A DNA stretch of 64,000 nt from the human T2T-CHM13v2.0 reference genome, Homo sapiens, in the NCBI RefSeq assembly GCF_009914755.1, contig NC_060927.1; one strand, given 5' to 3'. A model generated the notes under the pieces. That model searched no databases. It had not been told where the DNA came from and saw nothing but the letters and a program-made list of their open reading frames with translations. Below, piece after piece: positions 12,520 to 25,704 of the stretch; the first letter of the stretch is position 1, and the number at the start of each line of letters is the position of its first letter. A program made the translations under genes and the position numbers.

Positions 12520-13030
12520 TCCTTGTTTCTCTGTATCTTTCTCTCTCCCTCCCTTCTTTCTCCACATCTCTTTCTCTTTCCCTCTCCCAATCACAATCTC
12601 TTCTCCTTCACATCTTCCTCCTCTTCCTCTTCTTCTTCTCTTCTCCTTATTCTTCCTCCCCTTCTTCTCTGTCTTCCTCTTCTTCCCCTTCCCGTTTTCC
12701 TCATCCTTCTCTTCTTCTTCTTTCTCCTCTTCCTTATTCTTTCTTTCTTCTTTGTTTGCACCACTTTTCCTCTTCTTATCCTTCCCCTTCTCCTTCCCCT
12801 TTCCCTTATCTTCCTCTTTCCTCTCTTCCTCTTTCTCCTCCTCCTTGTTTTTTCTTTCTTTTCCTTTCACTCATTTTCCTCTTCTTCCCCTTCACCTTCC
12901 CCTTTTCCTTTCACTTCCCCTCCTCCTTCTCCTCATTGTCATTCTCCTTCTTCCTCTTCTTTTCTCTTCCTTCCCCTTCTTCTTTCTTCTTATCCCTCCT
13001 CCTCTTCCTCTTCCTACTCCTCCTCTTACA
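12520..13030. repeat. ~510-bp polypyrimidine/polypurine low-complexity tract (CTT/CCT/CT)
   Basis: Almost only C/T on the + strand; source of the spurious F/S/L/P- and E/K/G-rich ORFs. Confidence 0.97.
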
Positions 13031-13869
13031 CTTATTATTTGCTTTTCCTCTGTCATTCAGTTAACAGCCACTGAGATCTCTTTTCAGGATTATGGAGAAG
13101 CTTACTGGATATGTTTATGTAATTTTGAGTCCACATATAAGATTTAACCAGGCATCAAGGATTTCACTGGTCTGAGACTGAAATATAAAGCAGCAAACTT
13201 CTGAGGCAAGGGCTAAGTAAAACAGGGTCATCCAATCCCATAAACATGAAGAAGTCCAAAGGCAGCATGGAAACAGGAAGTTACCAGACTTCATAGAGAG
13301 ATTAGACAATGAGTTTTTGTTAGCAGAAACCTTAGCACACAGGAAATCAGAGTTTTTTTTTAACCGAGTTTTCATGATATTAATTAAACCTATAGCAGTG
13401 TGATGTGGTCTGGAGACAGTGAAAGTGGGTTCATCAATGACTAAGATAAAAATTTTCAAAACTCTGGAGAAAATGAACATTGAGTCATAAACATTTTGAT
13501 CTAGATGAAATTATATTATTTTCAAGCCTGAATTTGTGGATTGAGTTTGACATATGCTGATCTTTATAGGTGTCGATACTCTGTGATACAAGAGGTAAAA
13601 ATGTTTAAGACTTGTGAAAACACATGTATTTATTCATTCATGCCATAAGCTCCTTTTCTTGGGACACTATAAAAACCAGTGATAAAAATCCAAGGAATAC
13701 AAGGCTCTTAAACTAATTCCAATATAGGTGGGAAAACGCTCCCGGAAAATAGGTATTTTATATTTAATATTACTACATGTATGTATGTAGGTTTGCATGT
13801 TTTCATATATATATACACAAATATACATAGACACACATATATATGTTATATATGTCACAGGCACACACA

Positions 13870-14455
13870 CATGCAACACAAGGCCATTGGGTCAAAGACA
13901 CAGATGGTTTATTTCTCACAACAAAATTAGCAGGCAGAGCAGAATCTTCTGTCAGCTCTGAACTTTGAGTCTCCATAAGGTAATTATATGAGGGCCACAT
14001 AATTTTTGTATATGCAATGGGATGCACTATAGGGGAAGAATCTTGAAGTTTAGGAGAATGTAAGTCTTTATAAGATGTTTGGTACATATACCTATCCTTG
14101 AAAGGAAGAAAAGGAGGGAAAGAAGGAAGGAAGGAAACACAGAAAGTAAGAAAGAAAGAAAGAAAGAGAAAGAAAGAAAGAAAGGGAAAGAAAGAAAATT
14201 ACCTCTATGGGAGAGACAAGAGTCATCTCTAAGTTTATTATCCTAGAATATAAGGCAACTGTCTCTGAAGAAGGGAAGAGATGATTTTATCTTTAGTGGC
14301 ATGGGAAATCTCTGGGTATGTATATTTCTAGTTCTTTCTGGAGAAATACACTGTTTCTAGCTTCCAGAGCTGTTTGCTTTTAAAAAATGTCTTTTGCTTA
14401 GAAAGCCTGAATAATTCAGTAACGTAAGAAACTCATAAAAATTTGTCTCCCAACA
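13870..14455 (-). mobile_element. LTR40-like ERVL solo LTR with internal (GAAA)n tract at ~14100-14198
   Basis: Reverse complement begins tgttgggagacaa...agcaaacagctctggaagctagaaacagtg, resembling the recalled LTR40 5' end; antisense AATAAA near 13898. Confidence 0.65.
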
Positions 14456-15294
14456 GGAAGTCAACAGATAAATCTCGTTAGAAGTCCAATAGTGGAGATA
14501 GATGCAAAGCTGGAGTTCTTCAATCACTTATATGCGGATGGTTGTTGGGGAGGTGCAAAAATTTAGAGGTTTTGTTGAGACGGTTTGGAGGCATGGTTAT
14601 TTGAGTTACTGAAAGCAGCTAGGTGTTGTATGATAAGATGTAAGTTAGAGGCATTGATTTGTACCAAATATTATAGGACATTGTATCCTTCAAAAATTTT
14701 TGGACTTACTGTAAAAAAAAATAGGGCAGGGCAATAATTAAATGGTTTAACTAAAAAGATATCTTGAAGAATTGGGTTATTAAAAGAGCACATTAACGTA
14801 ATAAAGAATCAATTTTGTATTAAATTGATGTGAATATAAGAATTGAATATTAAAAGACCAGTTAAATCCAGTTAAAACATAATTGGAATATTCTAGATAA
14901 AGATACAGATCACTTGGACTAGTCTGGTAGCAGTGGAGATGGAATTACTTTGCTCTAACACAGGCACAGAAATCATAAATATTCCTAGTCTAATGTTAAT
15001 TTTTCCATATGTACATTAACATTTCTGGAAACTATTATGATTTTTTTTATTGTGATGGTCAAAGTTATATGTGACACCAAACCTCATCAATTGGACATTT
15101 GGATATGCTGGAGGAACAGAAGCAGAGGACATAAAGAGCTGGTAAGAAGAGCCACGTGGGACACAAGTAACAACCCATTGCAATTGAGTGGGCTCACTCT
15201 GGACCCAGGAAACCTGTTGTATCCAACATGTCTGATTGGCTGGATAGGAGATGCTCTCAGGTGTTTAGAAATTGAAGATTTAGTGAGCAAGTGG

Positions 15295-15736
15295 TGTGAT
15301 GGTTAATTGTATGTGTCAATTTGTCAGACTAAGAGATGCCCAGATAGTTTGTAGGACCTTATTTCTGGAAGAGATTAGCTTTTGTGGCCTAAGTAACAAA
15401 GAGCACACTGACCAAGGTGGGGAGCCTTCATCCAATTCACTGAGGGCCGGAACAAAGCAGAAAGGCAGGGGAAGGGTAAATTGGCTCTCTCTGCTTGAGT
15501 TGGACCTTCTATCTTGTCCTGTCCTTGGACTTTAGTACTCCCAGCTGACTTCCCTGGTTCTCAGACCTTCGAGTTTGGAATAGAACTGAAACATTGACTT
15601 TCCTGGGTCTCCAGTTTACAGATGACAAATTGTGGGTCTTCTCAACTTACATAACCACGTGAGCCAATCCCTCTGAATAAATCTCTTTCTAAACATTTTA
15701 TTGGTTCTGTTTCTCTGGAGAACCCTGAATAATATA
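15295..15736 (+). mobile_element. MLT2 (ERVL) solo LTR
   Basis: Starts tgtgatggttaattgtatgtgtcaa and ends ttggttctgtttctctggagaaccctgaataata. Confidence 0.9.
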
Positions 15737-15812
15737 CTTGAGACAGTTATGGTTCCATTATGTTTGATTTGAATTAGGGAGTCAGCAAACCTTTGGAGAG
15801 TACAGGAGCAAT

Positions 15813-16081
15813 CAGGGCCTCTAGGAAGAAGAGGCTGAAAGAGTGACGCAGTATTGAGGTTGACGTCCCTGCCAAAGTGCTAGGATTTGCATAGAGTATT
15901 TTGCATTGGTAGAAAAGCAGTGCACACTAGAAACCAAAGAGTGCGGGGAAACTAGCCACAGGACAAAGCTACCATGTCATTGATTGGCCAAAAACACTGC
16001 AAAATTAAATATCATTGTAAAATTCATTATATTCTCGAAGGAGGATTTAATGTTCAGAGACATTATTTAGAGTTTGGTTTC
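15813..16081 (+). repeat. Left arm of 269-bp inverted repeat
   Basis: Reverse complement of 17106-17374; 9 mismatches and no indels by manual alignment. Confidence 0.97.
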
Positions 16082-17105
16082 ATTTTAAAAATTAATATTC
16101 AATTTATTAAAGTTACAAATCCCCAAACTAGTTCTTCTTTAAGCTTTTAAGCTCAGCATATGAATTATATTTCTAAGTCTAGTAAACTTTTATTAGCTAT
16201 TTTAATAGGCTTTTGAATAATGTTTGGTCCTATTTAAAAACTTAGTTAATTAAACACCTTCAACATTTTAAACTGCTTTCATAAATTTAATATATTCAAT
16301 TTCTTTTTTAAGTATTCCAATTATTTAATTAACAAAACCCTTTTGAATACTTAAATAACTCACATAAATTTAACGTGGTAAGCTAAACCTTAAGTTCTCT
16401 TAAATGTTACAATGCTGAATATAAAATTAGTAAATCTATATTAATTTCTCAATTTTTACACTTATTAAAATTGGAATTATGAGATTAATCAGTTGTACTG
16501 CTATAATGTCAGAAATTTAAAAATGAGCTGCAAGTGCTTAAGTAGCAAATATATGTCAGTTTTAAACTTCACAAAAATACAACACTATAGCTTTTTAAAA
16601 ATATATCTCTATACTAACTTCTAAATTTCTCATGAGTTAATGATGCCTATCATTAAAAAATTTCACCCTAAAAATTATCCTAAAGCAAAATTTTGGGGCT
16701 CCTTGAGATTGTTTATTGGTCAGGGATCTAAATCATGGGCTTCAACACATTTTTTCTCATGTCCCTAGCTCTCCTGCTGAGCCACTTAATGTCATCATGT
16801 CATGGACTAAAAAAGAAGTTGTTGGTTATATCCCCATATTAGAGTCATCATTGCCTAATTTTCAAATCAAATTAGATTCTAGATACTCAACCCAATTATC
16901 CATAATATCTAATTGGATTTTAGGAAGTCCATTTATAAATAATGAATATGTGATGATTTATTCACTATTTTGTCTTTTTACCTACCTATTAAACTCTTTT
17001 GAATGTTAAGATGGTATCTAGTTGAAGTCTATATGTTTCCCGAACCTTGGTCTAGCTTTACAATCATAACTCCTAAGGTTATTTTCCTGAGAAAAAACCT
17101 ACTCA

Positions 17106-17374
17106 GAAACCAAACTCTAAATAATATCTCTGAACATTAAATCCCCCTTCAAGAATATAATGAATTTTACAATGATATTTAATTTTGCAGTGTTTTTGGC
17201 CAATCGATGACATGGTAGCTTTGTCCTGTGGCTAGTTTCCCCCCTCCCTTTGGTTTCTAGTGTGCACTGCTATTCTACCAATGCAAAATACTCTATGCAA
17301 ATCCTAGCACTTTGGCAGGGACATCAACCTCAATACTGCGTCACTCTTTCAGCCTCTTCTTCCTAGAGGCCCTG
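17106..17374 (-). repeat. Right arm of 269-bp inverted repeat
   Basis: Reverse complement of 15813-16081. Confidence 0.97.
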
Positions 17375-17661
17375 GATAATCTATTATTTGGGAAAAGCCT
17401 TGAGCTCCAAAGCTTTACTTCTGCTGGGGGTGAGCAGCCTACTGCATTACCAGACTTCGTCAGTATCACCCTGGAGCCAGATAACTGAAGCTGCAGGTTG
17501 AAAATATCCAATGCCTTTTTCTCTCTTGGCCAGAAAGAGAATTGACAATATCCATCATTCAGGGATGTATTACTAAATATTTAAATTTCCTAGGTCTTAA
17601 GTTTCAGTGAGTGAAGAATCAAAAGAACAAATAGTTTTGAGATAAATATTTCTGATCATAA

Positions 17662-17850
17662 GTGTGTAGTAGCCAAGGTCACAGGTCTGGAGCCAGGTTG
17701 CCTAGGATCAAATCCTAACTCTGACGCTTGCTAGTTTCCATAACCTGGGGGATATTGATTAACTTGTTATGTTTTCATTTTCACATGTTGAAAAAGGAAT
17801 AATAATAACAGAGCCTACTGAAAAAGATGTAATAAGGATTAATTTAGATG
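17662..17850 (+). mobile_element. MIR SINE
   Basis: ctggagccaggttgcctaggatcaaatcctaactctg...aataataacag...aggattaatttagat follows the MIR consensus. Confidence 0.8.
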
Positions 17851-17965
17851 ACTGCATGTTACAATCACCTGGGTTGATTTAACACAGTCTCCCAGACCCA
17901 TTCCATAATTAAACTGGAATCTTTGAAGGCGGGCCTTAAGTGATGCTGATAAGGATATGACAATT

Positions 17966-18279
17966 GGCCAGGAGAGGTGCCTCATGCCTGTAATACCAGC
18001 ATTTTGGGAGGCCGAGGTGGGCCCTCCACTTGAGGTCAGCAGTTCAAGGCCAGCCTGGCCAAAATCATGAAATCCTGTCTGTACTAAAAATACCAAAAAA
18101 ATTAGCCAGGCATGGTGGCACATGCCTGTAATCCAGCTACTCTGGAGGCTGCATGAGAATTGTTTGAACTCGGGAAGCGGAGGTTGCAGTGAGCCAAGAT
18201 CACACCACTGCACTGCAGCCCGGGCAACAGAGACAGACTCTGTCAAAAAACAAACAAACAAACAAACAAACAAACAAAC
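17966..18279 (+). mobile_element. Alu (AluS-type)
   Basis: Dimeric Alu with (CAAA)n tail; degenerate TSD aaggatatgacaat / aaggagatgagaat. Confidence 0.95.
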
Positions 18280-19339
18280 GGAAAAGGAGATGAGAATAGT
18301 AATATGTTTATAATATTGTCTTTTATTTTTATTTGTGTAGCTCAATATTAAAATTTTTCTTTGAACTTCAGCATTACCATCAGTAATACATGCATACAGA
18401 AAGTAACTACAAAAAATCAGGCACTGTCACACAGGCTTTGAGTAAAAACCTAGTGTTCTAGAATAGATTTGCGGACAAACTTCTTTTTCTACTTTTCTGT
18501 CCATTCCCACGGTTATTTTGTCTACTTTGTGTGTTGCCTTGACAACTAAATCTGAAGGGATACTCCTTCATAAGCTGCTTCCCGTGGAGCATAATTTAAA
18601 TCATTCAGAATCTCTAGTGTGAAGACCCAAACTTTCCTTGAGTATGTGGATAATAACTTGTGAAATCAGAATGATGGTTATAACTGTTCCATACATGAGC
18701 TACCACCCGGGCATGAGGAAGATGTCCTAGAATATTCAGAGTAGTTTTGTCTTCAGGGATATAGGTGGGTTCTCTTGTTTGTTTCTTGATCTTCTATTTC
18801 CAATGTCATTACCCCCATTTTCTTAGAAATATTCTTTCCTGTTTTAATGATGCTCTCTTCTCCTTATACAGGTTCTGAACTGGCCTATCTTCTGAACCCT
18901 CTAAATAATTTCTTATAGGGAATTCTGCCTTCCAGTGCTGATTATGTCCAAAACCTGTCCATGTAGATGCTGCCAATGCCTTCTAGCTCATTTTCCTTTC
19001 TCAATATGAGAGTCTTCTCTCTGGCAGTTTGGCAATCAAATAATGACATTTTACCCCATTACTACAGTTCTGTGGACTACCTACCTCCCATAAAATTTTC
19101 AGTGGATAAGTTCCACTAACTTGTGTACATCTTAAGACATTCCACTTTCTATCTTCAGTCTGTAACTGTTGGTACATTTTACACATACACTACATGTTCT
19201 ATGTATGTGGTACATTGCCTTTAGGTGTGCTCAACCCATACCTTGTCTTGCCTGGCTATTTGGTTTTTGTCAATAGAAAAAAAATAGTAAACTTGATGAA
19301 ATAAAAAGACTTGTAAATGCTTTAGAGAATTTTGTATTC

Positions 19340-19620
19340 CTTCTGCAACCTTGCAACTATAGCTACGTTAAAAAGTCCGGATTGTTCTCCAGAAGGATAG
19401 AAGCATGTAAACCAGTTAACCCAGTCATCCCAGTTGAATAGCAGACATAGTGAGGCCATTGACTCTCATTTGACAGCAGACCCATGAATGAGACCAGCAT
19501 ATTTATCTAGCTAAGCCCAGTACAAATTGCAAATTCATAGAAGTATGATGAAGTGAATGAGTGGAATGTTTAAGCCACCAACTTTCAGTTGGCTTGTTAC
19601 ACAGCCATGGATGAAAGATT
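19340..19620 (+). mobile_element. Old MLT1 (MaLR) LTR 3' part
   Basis: ctagctaagcccagtacaaattgc...tgtttaagccacca...ttgttacacagcca is a typical MLT1 3' end. Confidence 0.65.
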
Positions 19621-20042
19621 TAAAGTACTATGTTCAAGTTGAGTGTGGTGGCTCACTCAAGTACTTCTGGGCAATTTATACTTTGAAGATGTGGGTCACT
19701 AGGTAAGGAAATAAATAACTCATAAATTAAAAAAACAATTTGATGTGTTTTTGAAGTCTTATTCAGTTGTAGATATAACAGCTCTTTTCATTTGGTACAA
19801 ATATAGCCTGCAGTGGTGGTTATATTACAAGATCTGATTCAGATTGATAACTCAAAGAATCTCTGACAGTTCAACGTTTATTTTAGAAATATCAAAAGCA
19901 ATTAGGTCAAGAGTTTAGCATTTCATTAAAGCATAGCCCATTTGAGCCTTTTACACACATAAGAAAAGGACCTGGGATCAATAGACTTGTATTTTATTAA
20001 GCTCTGGAAATTGCTGCTGATTTTCTTTGAGAAAAAATAGGG

Positions 20043-20416
20043 TGTTCATCCATTTGTTTTTGCTTCCATAACAGAATACCATAGGCTGAGTAATTATAAA
20101 GAACAGAGGTCTATTTCGCCCATGATTCTGTAAGCTGCAAAATTCAAGAGCAGAATACTGATATCTGGTGAGTATCATCCCGCAGTAGAAGAGCAAGTAA
20201 GCATGTGAGACAGAGAGGGTAGTGGGATGAACACATCCTTTTTATCAGGAACCCATTTCTGTATAACTGTTGCACTCCCAGGATAAGGGCATTAATTTAT
20301 TCATAAAGTTGGGACCTCATGATGTAATCATCTCTTACAGATACATCTTCTTAATATTGTTACAATTGTAATTAAATTTTAAAATGAGTTTTGAAGGGTA
20401 CATTTAAACCATAGGA
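20043..20416 (-). mobile_element. MST (MSTC/D-like) MaLR solo LTR
   Basis: ataacagaataccataggctgagtaattataaagaacagag...cattaatttattcat...catttaaaccatagga. Confidence 0.85.
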
Positions 20417-21929
20417 ATCAGAACATAAGATAAATTGGAAAATAAGTAAATAATTATGAGAACACATTTTAGAATACAGAGTTTTTCACTTCCTTCACCT
20501 TTATTCTCTTTTCTATAAATAACTGATTAGAGGGTATGAGATAAAACTGAATATGGGAAGACATGTTTTTGTAAGACAAAATGATTATCATTACTAATGG
20601 TATCAACTTCCAACTCCTACTCTGAAATATCTAAAACTTATGTTTATGGCTGCAGAACTATAAGGACTCTAAAACTGTCTTCCTACCAACCATCTTCAAC
20701 AAGAAGCTAGATGAAAGAGGTCCAAAGTATGGTGACACAGAGTGCCATGACAGAAACATGTGGAATTCTAGCAAGATGGCACTGCCAACTGAAAGAGAAG
20801 AAACAAATGAAAAGGGAACACTAGGGAAGAAGGCTATATTTCCATAACCACTGTACACTAATGTCCACCTAGTGAAAAAAGCAAATATTCTCTACCATCC
20901 ATACCGTCTTCAAGTTTGTTTATTTTCAGCCACTAGTTAGAAGTGGAATTTATGGTAAACACCTCTAATGGTACTCCCTCAGCATGATGAAGGGCACACA
21001 AACAAAGTTATATTTGTGTAGTATTTAATCCCATCCTGCATGGTGACTGACTAGGCCTGGATAAAAATTAGCAGGTATTGCTCTCCCATGGCATGTAAGC
21101 TTACCAGAAAACTATGAAATGATGTGTGATCCAATATGAGAATGAATGTATCTGTTAGGAGACAGATAGTGCTCATGGGACTGGAAGAGTCTAAAGTTCA
21201 AGAAGCTTCTGTCATCAGACAGCAGGAACTAGGCTTTCCTATTTACCCAAATATTAAGTATATTTTTTATCTCAGTTAAAATACCCTCAAAATATGTAGG
21301 AAAAAAATAAGACAAAAACAAAACAAAATGAGAGCTTTGTTTTGTTGCAACAATGTTAAAGAAAATATAATAGAATATCTATAATATGTATCTGAATTTG
21401 TATTGTCCCTCTTGAACACAATCATTGGTGTTTTGCCTCTGGGACAAAGTATAAAATGGTATGTTTTCATGAAATAATTAAATAATTTTCATCCCCCCCC
21501 AAGTAACAAAATATATTTTGTAAAGACTTTTTTTGGTCTGAAATGTGTCTCCTTTTCCTGTTTCAACAATGAATAATGCTATTTAGGTTTGAGGAAAGAT
21601 ATGCTTGTTTTTCTGTTAGATATTCAAACATTTCTGTTCTTAAATTGTTCATGAGTAAAAGAAATTTATGTACTGATGTGAAAAAATGCATTTATAATTA
21701 ACTTGTCTTATAAAATCCCAACTATCACACATTTAAAATATCAAACCTTTTAAAATAACCCATAATCAAAATTAAAACAAAAGTGTGTTACTGCTCTTTA
21801 GAAAACCTCACACCTTGTATAGTAATTGCTTTGGATTTAGTGGAATGCCCTTCAAAATAATCATCCTAATAATATAGCATTAATAATTTAATATACATTA
21901 CTGACTACCTACTATGTGCTTGAGGGTAA

Positions 21930-22156
21930 TATACATGATGTTGTTCCTATACATAGATAACTATAACAAAGTTAATTTATAAATTAGGCACAGTGAGAAA
22001 TTAAAAATAACTAATCATAGAACAATTACAACATTACATTATAATAAAAGTTACATGAACATGGTTTCTCTTCTTAAATTTTCTTAAGTTACTGTGCTCA
22101 TCTATTTTTGAGCAACAGTTGACATAGTGAAATCTTGAATAAGGAAGAATTACTGC
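21930..22156 (-). mobile_element. MER44/Tigger7-like TcMar DNA transposon fragment
   Basis: ttaatttataaattaggcacagtgaga...aataaaagttacatgaac, with a degenerate terminal repeat ending tactg. Confidence 0.75.
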
Positions 22157-22403
22157 ATTAGTAATATAATTTACATGGCTATTTACTAATTTACATGTTG
22201 TAATTTTTAAGCATTCCTTTGATTCAGATAGGGCATGTGGTTAAAACATAATATTATAGCCAGATCGTAATGCATTTGTGTTTAAAAGTGGACTCAATTC
22301 TAGGCCATTGGTTTTTTAATTACAGTCATTCTATATCTATGGGTTTACAAATACATTACAGTCTGTCTTGAGTTCTGTATGAAGGTGTTTAAAATACACA
22401 GGT

Positions 22404-22710
<307 letters not shown>

Positions 22711-23333
22711 TTAAAATGGGGGGTGACAACACATGGAAACGAAACACAAACAGAGAATTTTGGTGTCCATATTCATAGGCATGCTAGTTCTCGATGGTAC
22801 TTTAATGACAAGTTACCAAGCAAACAACCAAGATTGACTTGACAACATGTATAATTATTTATAAGAACTGAAGCACAAATATGTCATTGTGCCCTTTAAG
22901 TTTAAAGAAATAAGATACATCTTAGTTCATTGTCAGTGCCCCAGGCTTCTCCCTTTAACGATATTTAGATATCAGAAATTGGCCAGACTATTTCCCATAT
23001 AAGTGTACCCTGTATCCTCTTATGCTGTTAACCTAGACTTCTCTTTGATTTTGTTCACTGCCAAAGAGAGATTTTTCCCATAAGTGTGCTAATATCTTTC
23101 TATAATTAAACAAATACACAACATTCTGAGTATTTTTCTGCCAGTAATTTTGGAAATATAAACAACAAAAAAAAGAAAAATTGTTCCCTCCTAGTTACTC
23201 ACTCCAACAGTTCCCTTTTCTTCTTAAAAAAATTGTGTATGTGTGGAATAAAGGGAAGCAAAATATTTAACATAATTTAAAGTGCAGCTTATCAGATAAA
23301 TATTTTTCAGGGCAGCTGGCATAAGTCAAAGCC

Positions 23334-23812
23334 TGTATTATTTTGAGTTCTTTAGAAGCAGGCACTAAAACAAGATCAGCTGGGAAATCCATATTATATA
23401 TTATAATGTCATGTATAATATATATTAGTGTCAAAAGGAGGGATCCAGGGAAGGCTGTGAGGGCTGTGAGACTGTGGTGCTGGTCTAACCTTCTATGAAG
23501 GAGAGAGCAAAATAAGGAAGAATGGAAGTGTGTGGTGTGTGGAGTGTGGTGCAGAAATAAAATAATTCAGCAAGAAGAGTATAGCATCCTCCAGTCTAAG
23601 TTCTCCAATAGAGAAGTCCTGTGTTTACTGGAAATGGCTAGGCTTTAGCATTCTTTTTTAATGCTCAATCATTGGTTAAGAGTAGCTCATGCAAAATATA
23701 GCCTCAGTGGGGACACATTGATGGGTAGCACAGGGCAGTAGCGGGCGCCATCACTCAGCTGTGCATTCTGTAGTTCAAAATCTGAGAGACCCATTCGTGT
23801 GAACTCTACACA
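23334..23812 (-). mobile_element. LTR16-like ERVL solo LTR
   Basis: tgtatta...agaagcaggcact...atgctcaatcattgg...tctacaca resembles the LTR16 family. Confidence 0.6.
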
Positions 23813-24235
23813 GTCTTTTAAGGAAAGAGCAGTCTAGGGTCTATAAACAGAATGTGAAGACAATTAGGGGTGCTTCAGAAAAGACCATTAATGGGCTAGG
23901 GAAAGGCATAGCAGTGAAGGGGAGGCAGTGTTAGAGAGAAAAGTAACCAATATGTTTTATTTCCTTTCTTTTTCTTATTTATATGCTTACTTCAAAATAA
24001 CAGCTGTCCTCATAGACAGACCTGGAAATGTCAGCAATATTAGGCATAGGATAGCACTTCAGGCTCTAGCTTGCAAAAAGATAGGGAGAAGGTAAAAATT
24101 CCTACAAAGTAACTGTAGGGAAATACGATGGCCTCCCAGTCGAGATGAGGGTCTTTCAGAGAAGGGGTTATACTCGTTGTACTAGGCTTCATGTAATGTA
24201 TACATCATTTTTATTAATTTAATTAACTAACTTAG

Positions 24236-24515
24236 TTTTTGAGACAGAGTCTTGCTCTGTCTCCCAACCTGGAGGGCAATGGCATGATCTTTCACTGCAA
24301 CCTCCACTTCCTGGGCTCAAGTGATCCACCTCAGCCTACCAAGTAGCTGGGACTACAGGTGTGCACCACCATACTCAGCTAACTTTTGTAGTTTTTGTAG
24401 AGACAGGGTTTCACCATGCTTCCCAGGCTGGTCTCAAACTCATGGGCTCAAGCAATCCTCCTGTCTCAGCCTCCCAAAATGCTGGGATTACAGGTGTGAA
24501 CCACTGCACCCAGCC
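24236..24515 (-). mobile_element. AluJ-type
   Basis: Antisense Alu with J-type gggctcaagcaatcctcc. Confidence 0.93.
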
Positions 24516-24546
24516 TCTTTTTATATTTTAATAATAAAACCTCCTG

Positions 24547-25395
<849 letters not shown>

Positions 25396-25704
25396 CCCAT
25401 CAGGAGAACTTCCAGTAATCCTAATAGTTTGACCCTTTCCACATGTAAATAAAATAGGAAACAAATTCCAAAGCACTCAAGAGAACAGAGTTAGGGGAGG
25501 GTTTATTCTTTAAAAATCTGCAACTAGGAAGGGTGAAAATTGCAAGTGTGTGTCTTCCTCGCCTGAGCCTTCGCCTCAACCTCCAACGCCACGACAAAAT
25601 AAGCAAAAGAAATCTTTATCTTTATCAACAAAGATGCCAGACAACGGAGTACAATGCTGAAAAATTAAAGGATGGACTTTGGCAGCTAGACAATGGCAGA
25701 AAAT

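Noticed and set aside
12305-13147. 280-aa ORF and overlapping 140/183/102-aa ORFs
   Set aside because: Open only because the CT-rich tract lacks stop codons; the products are low-complexity F/S/L/P or E/K/G strings
15813-17374. Inverted repeats as TIRs of a DNA transposon or MITE
   Set aside because: No TSD, no recognisable TIR terminus and no transposase remnant; ~97% arm identity seems too high for the old primate DNA transposon families
19638-19661. ttgagtgtggtggctcactcaa: Alu-head-like 7-bp hairpin
   Set aside because: Too short to distinguish from chance
25540-25600. Small CpG-containing patch with an Arg-rich antisense ORF
   Set aside because: Too short for a CpG island; adjacent to L1M remnants and has no recognisable homology
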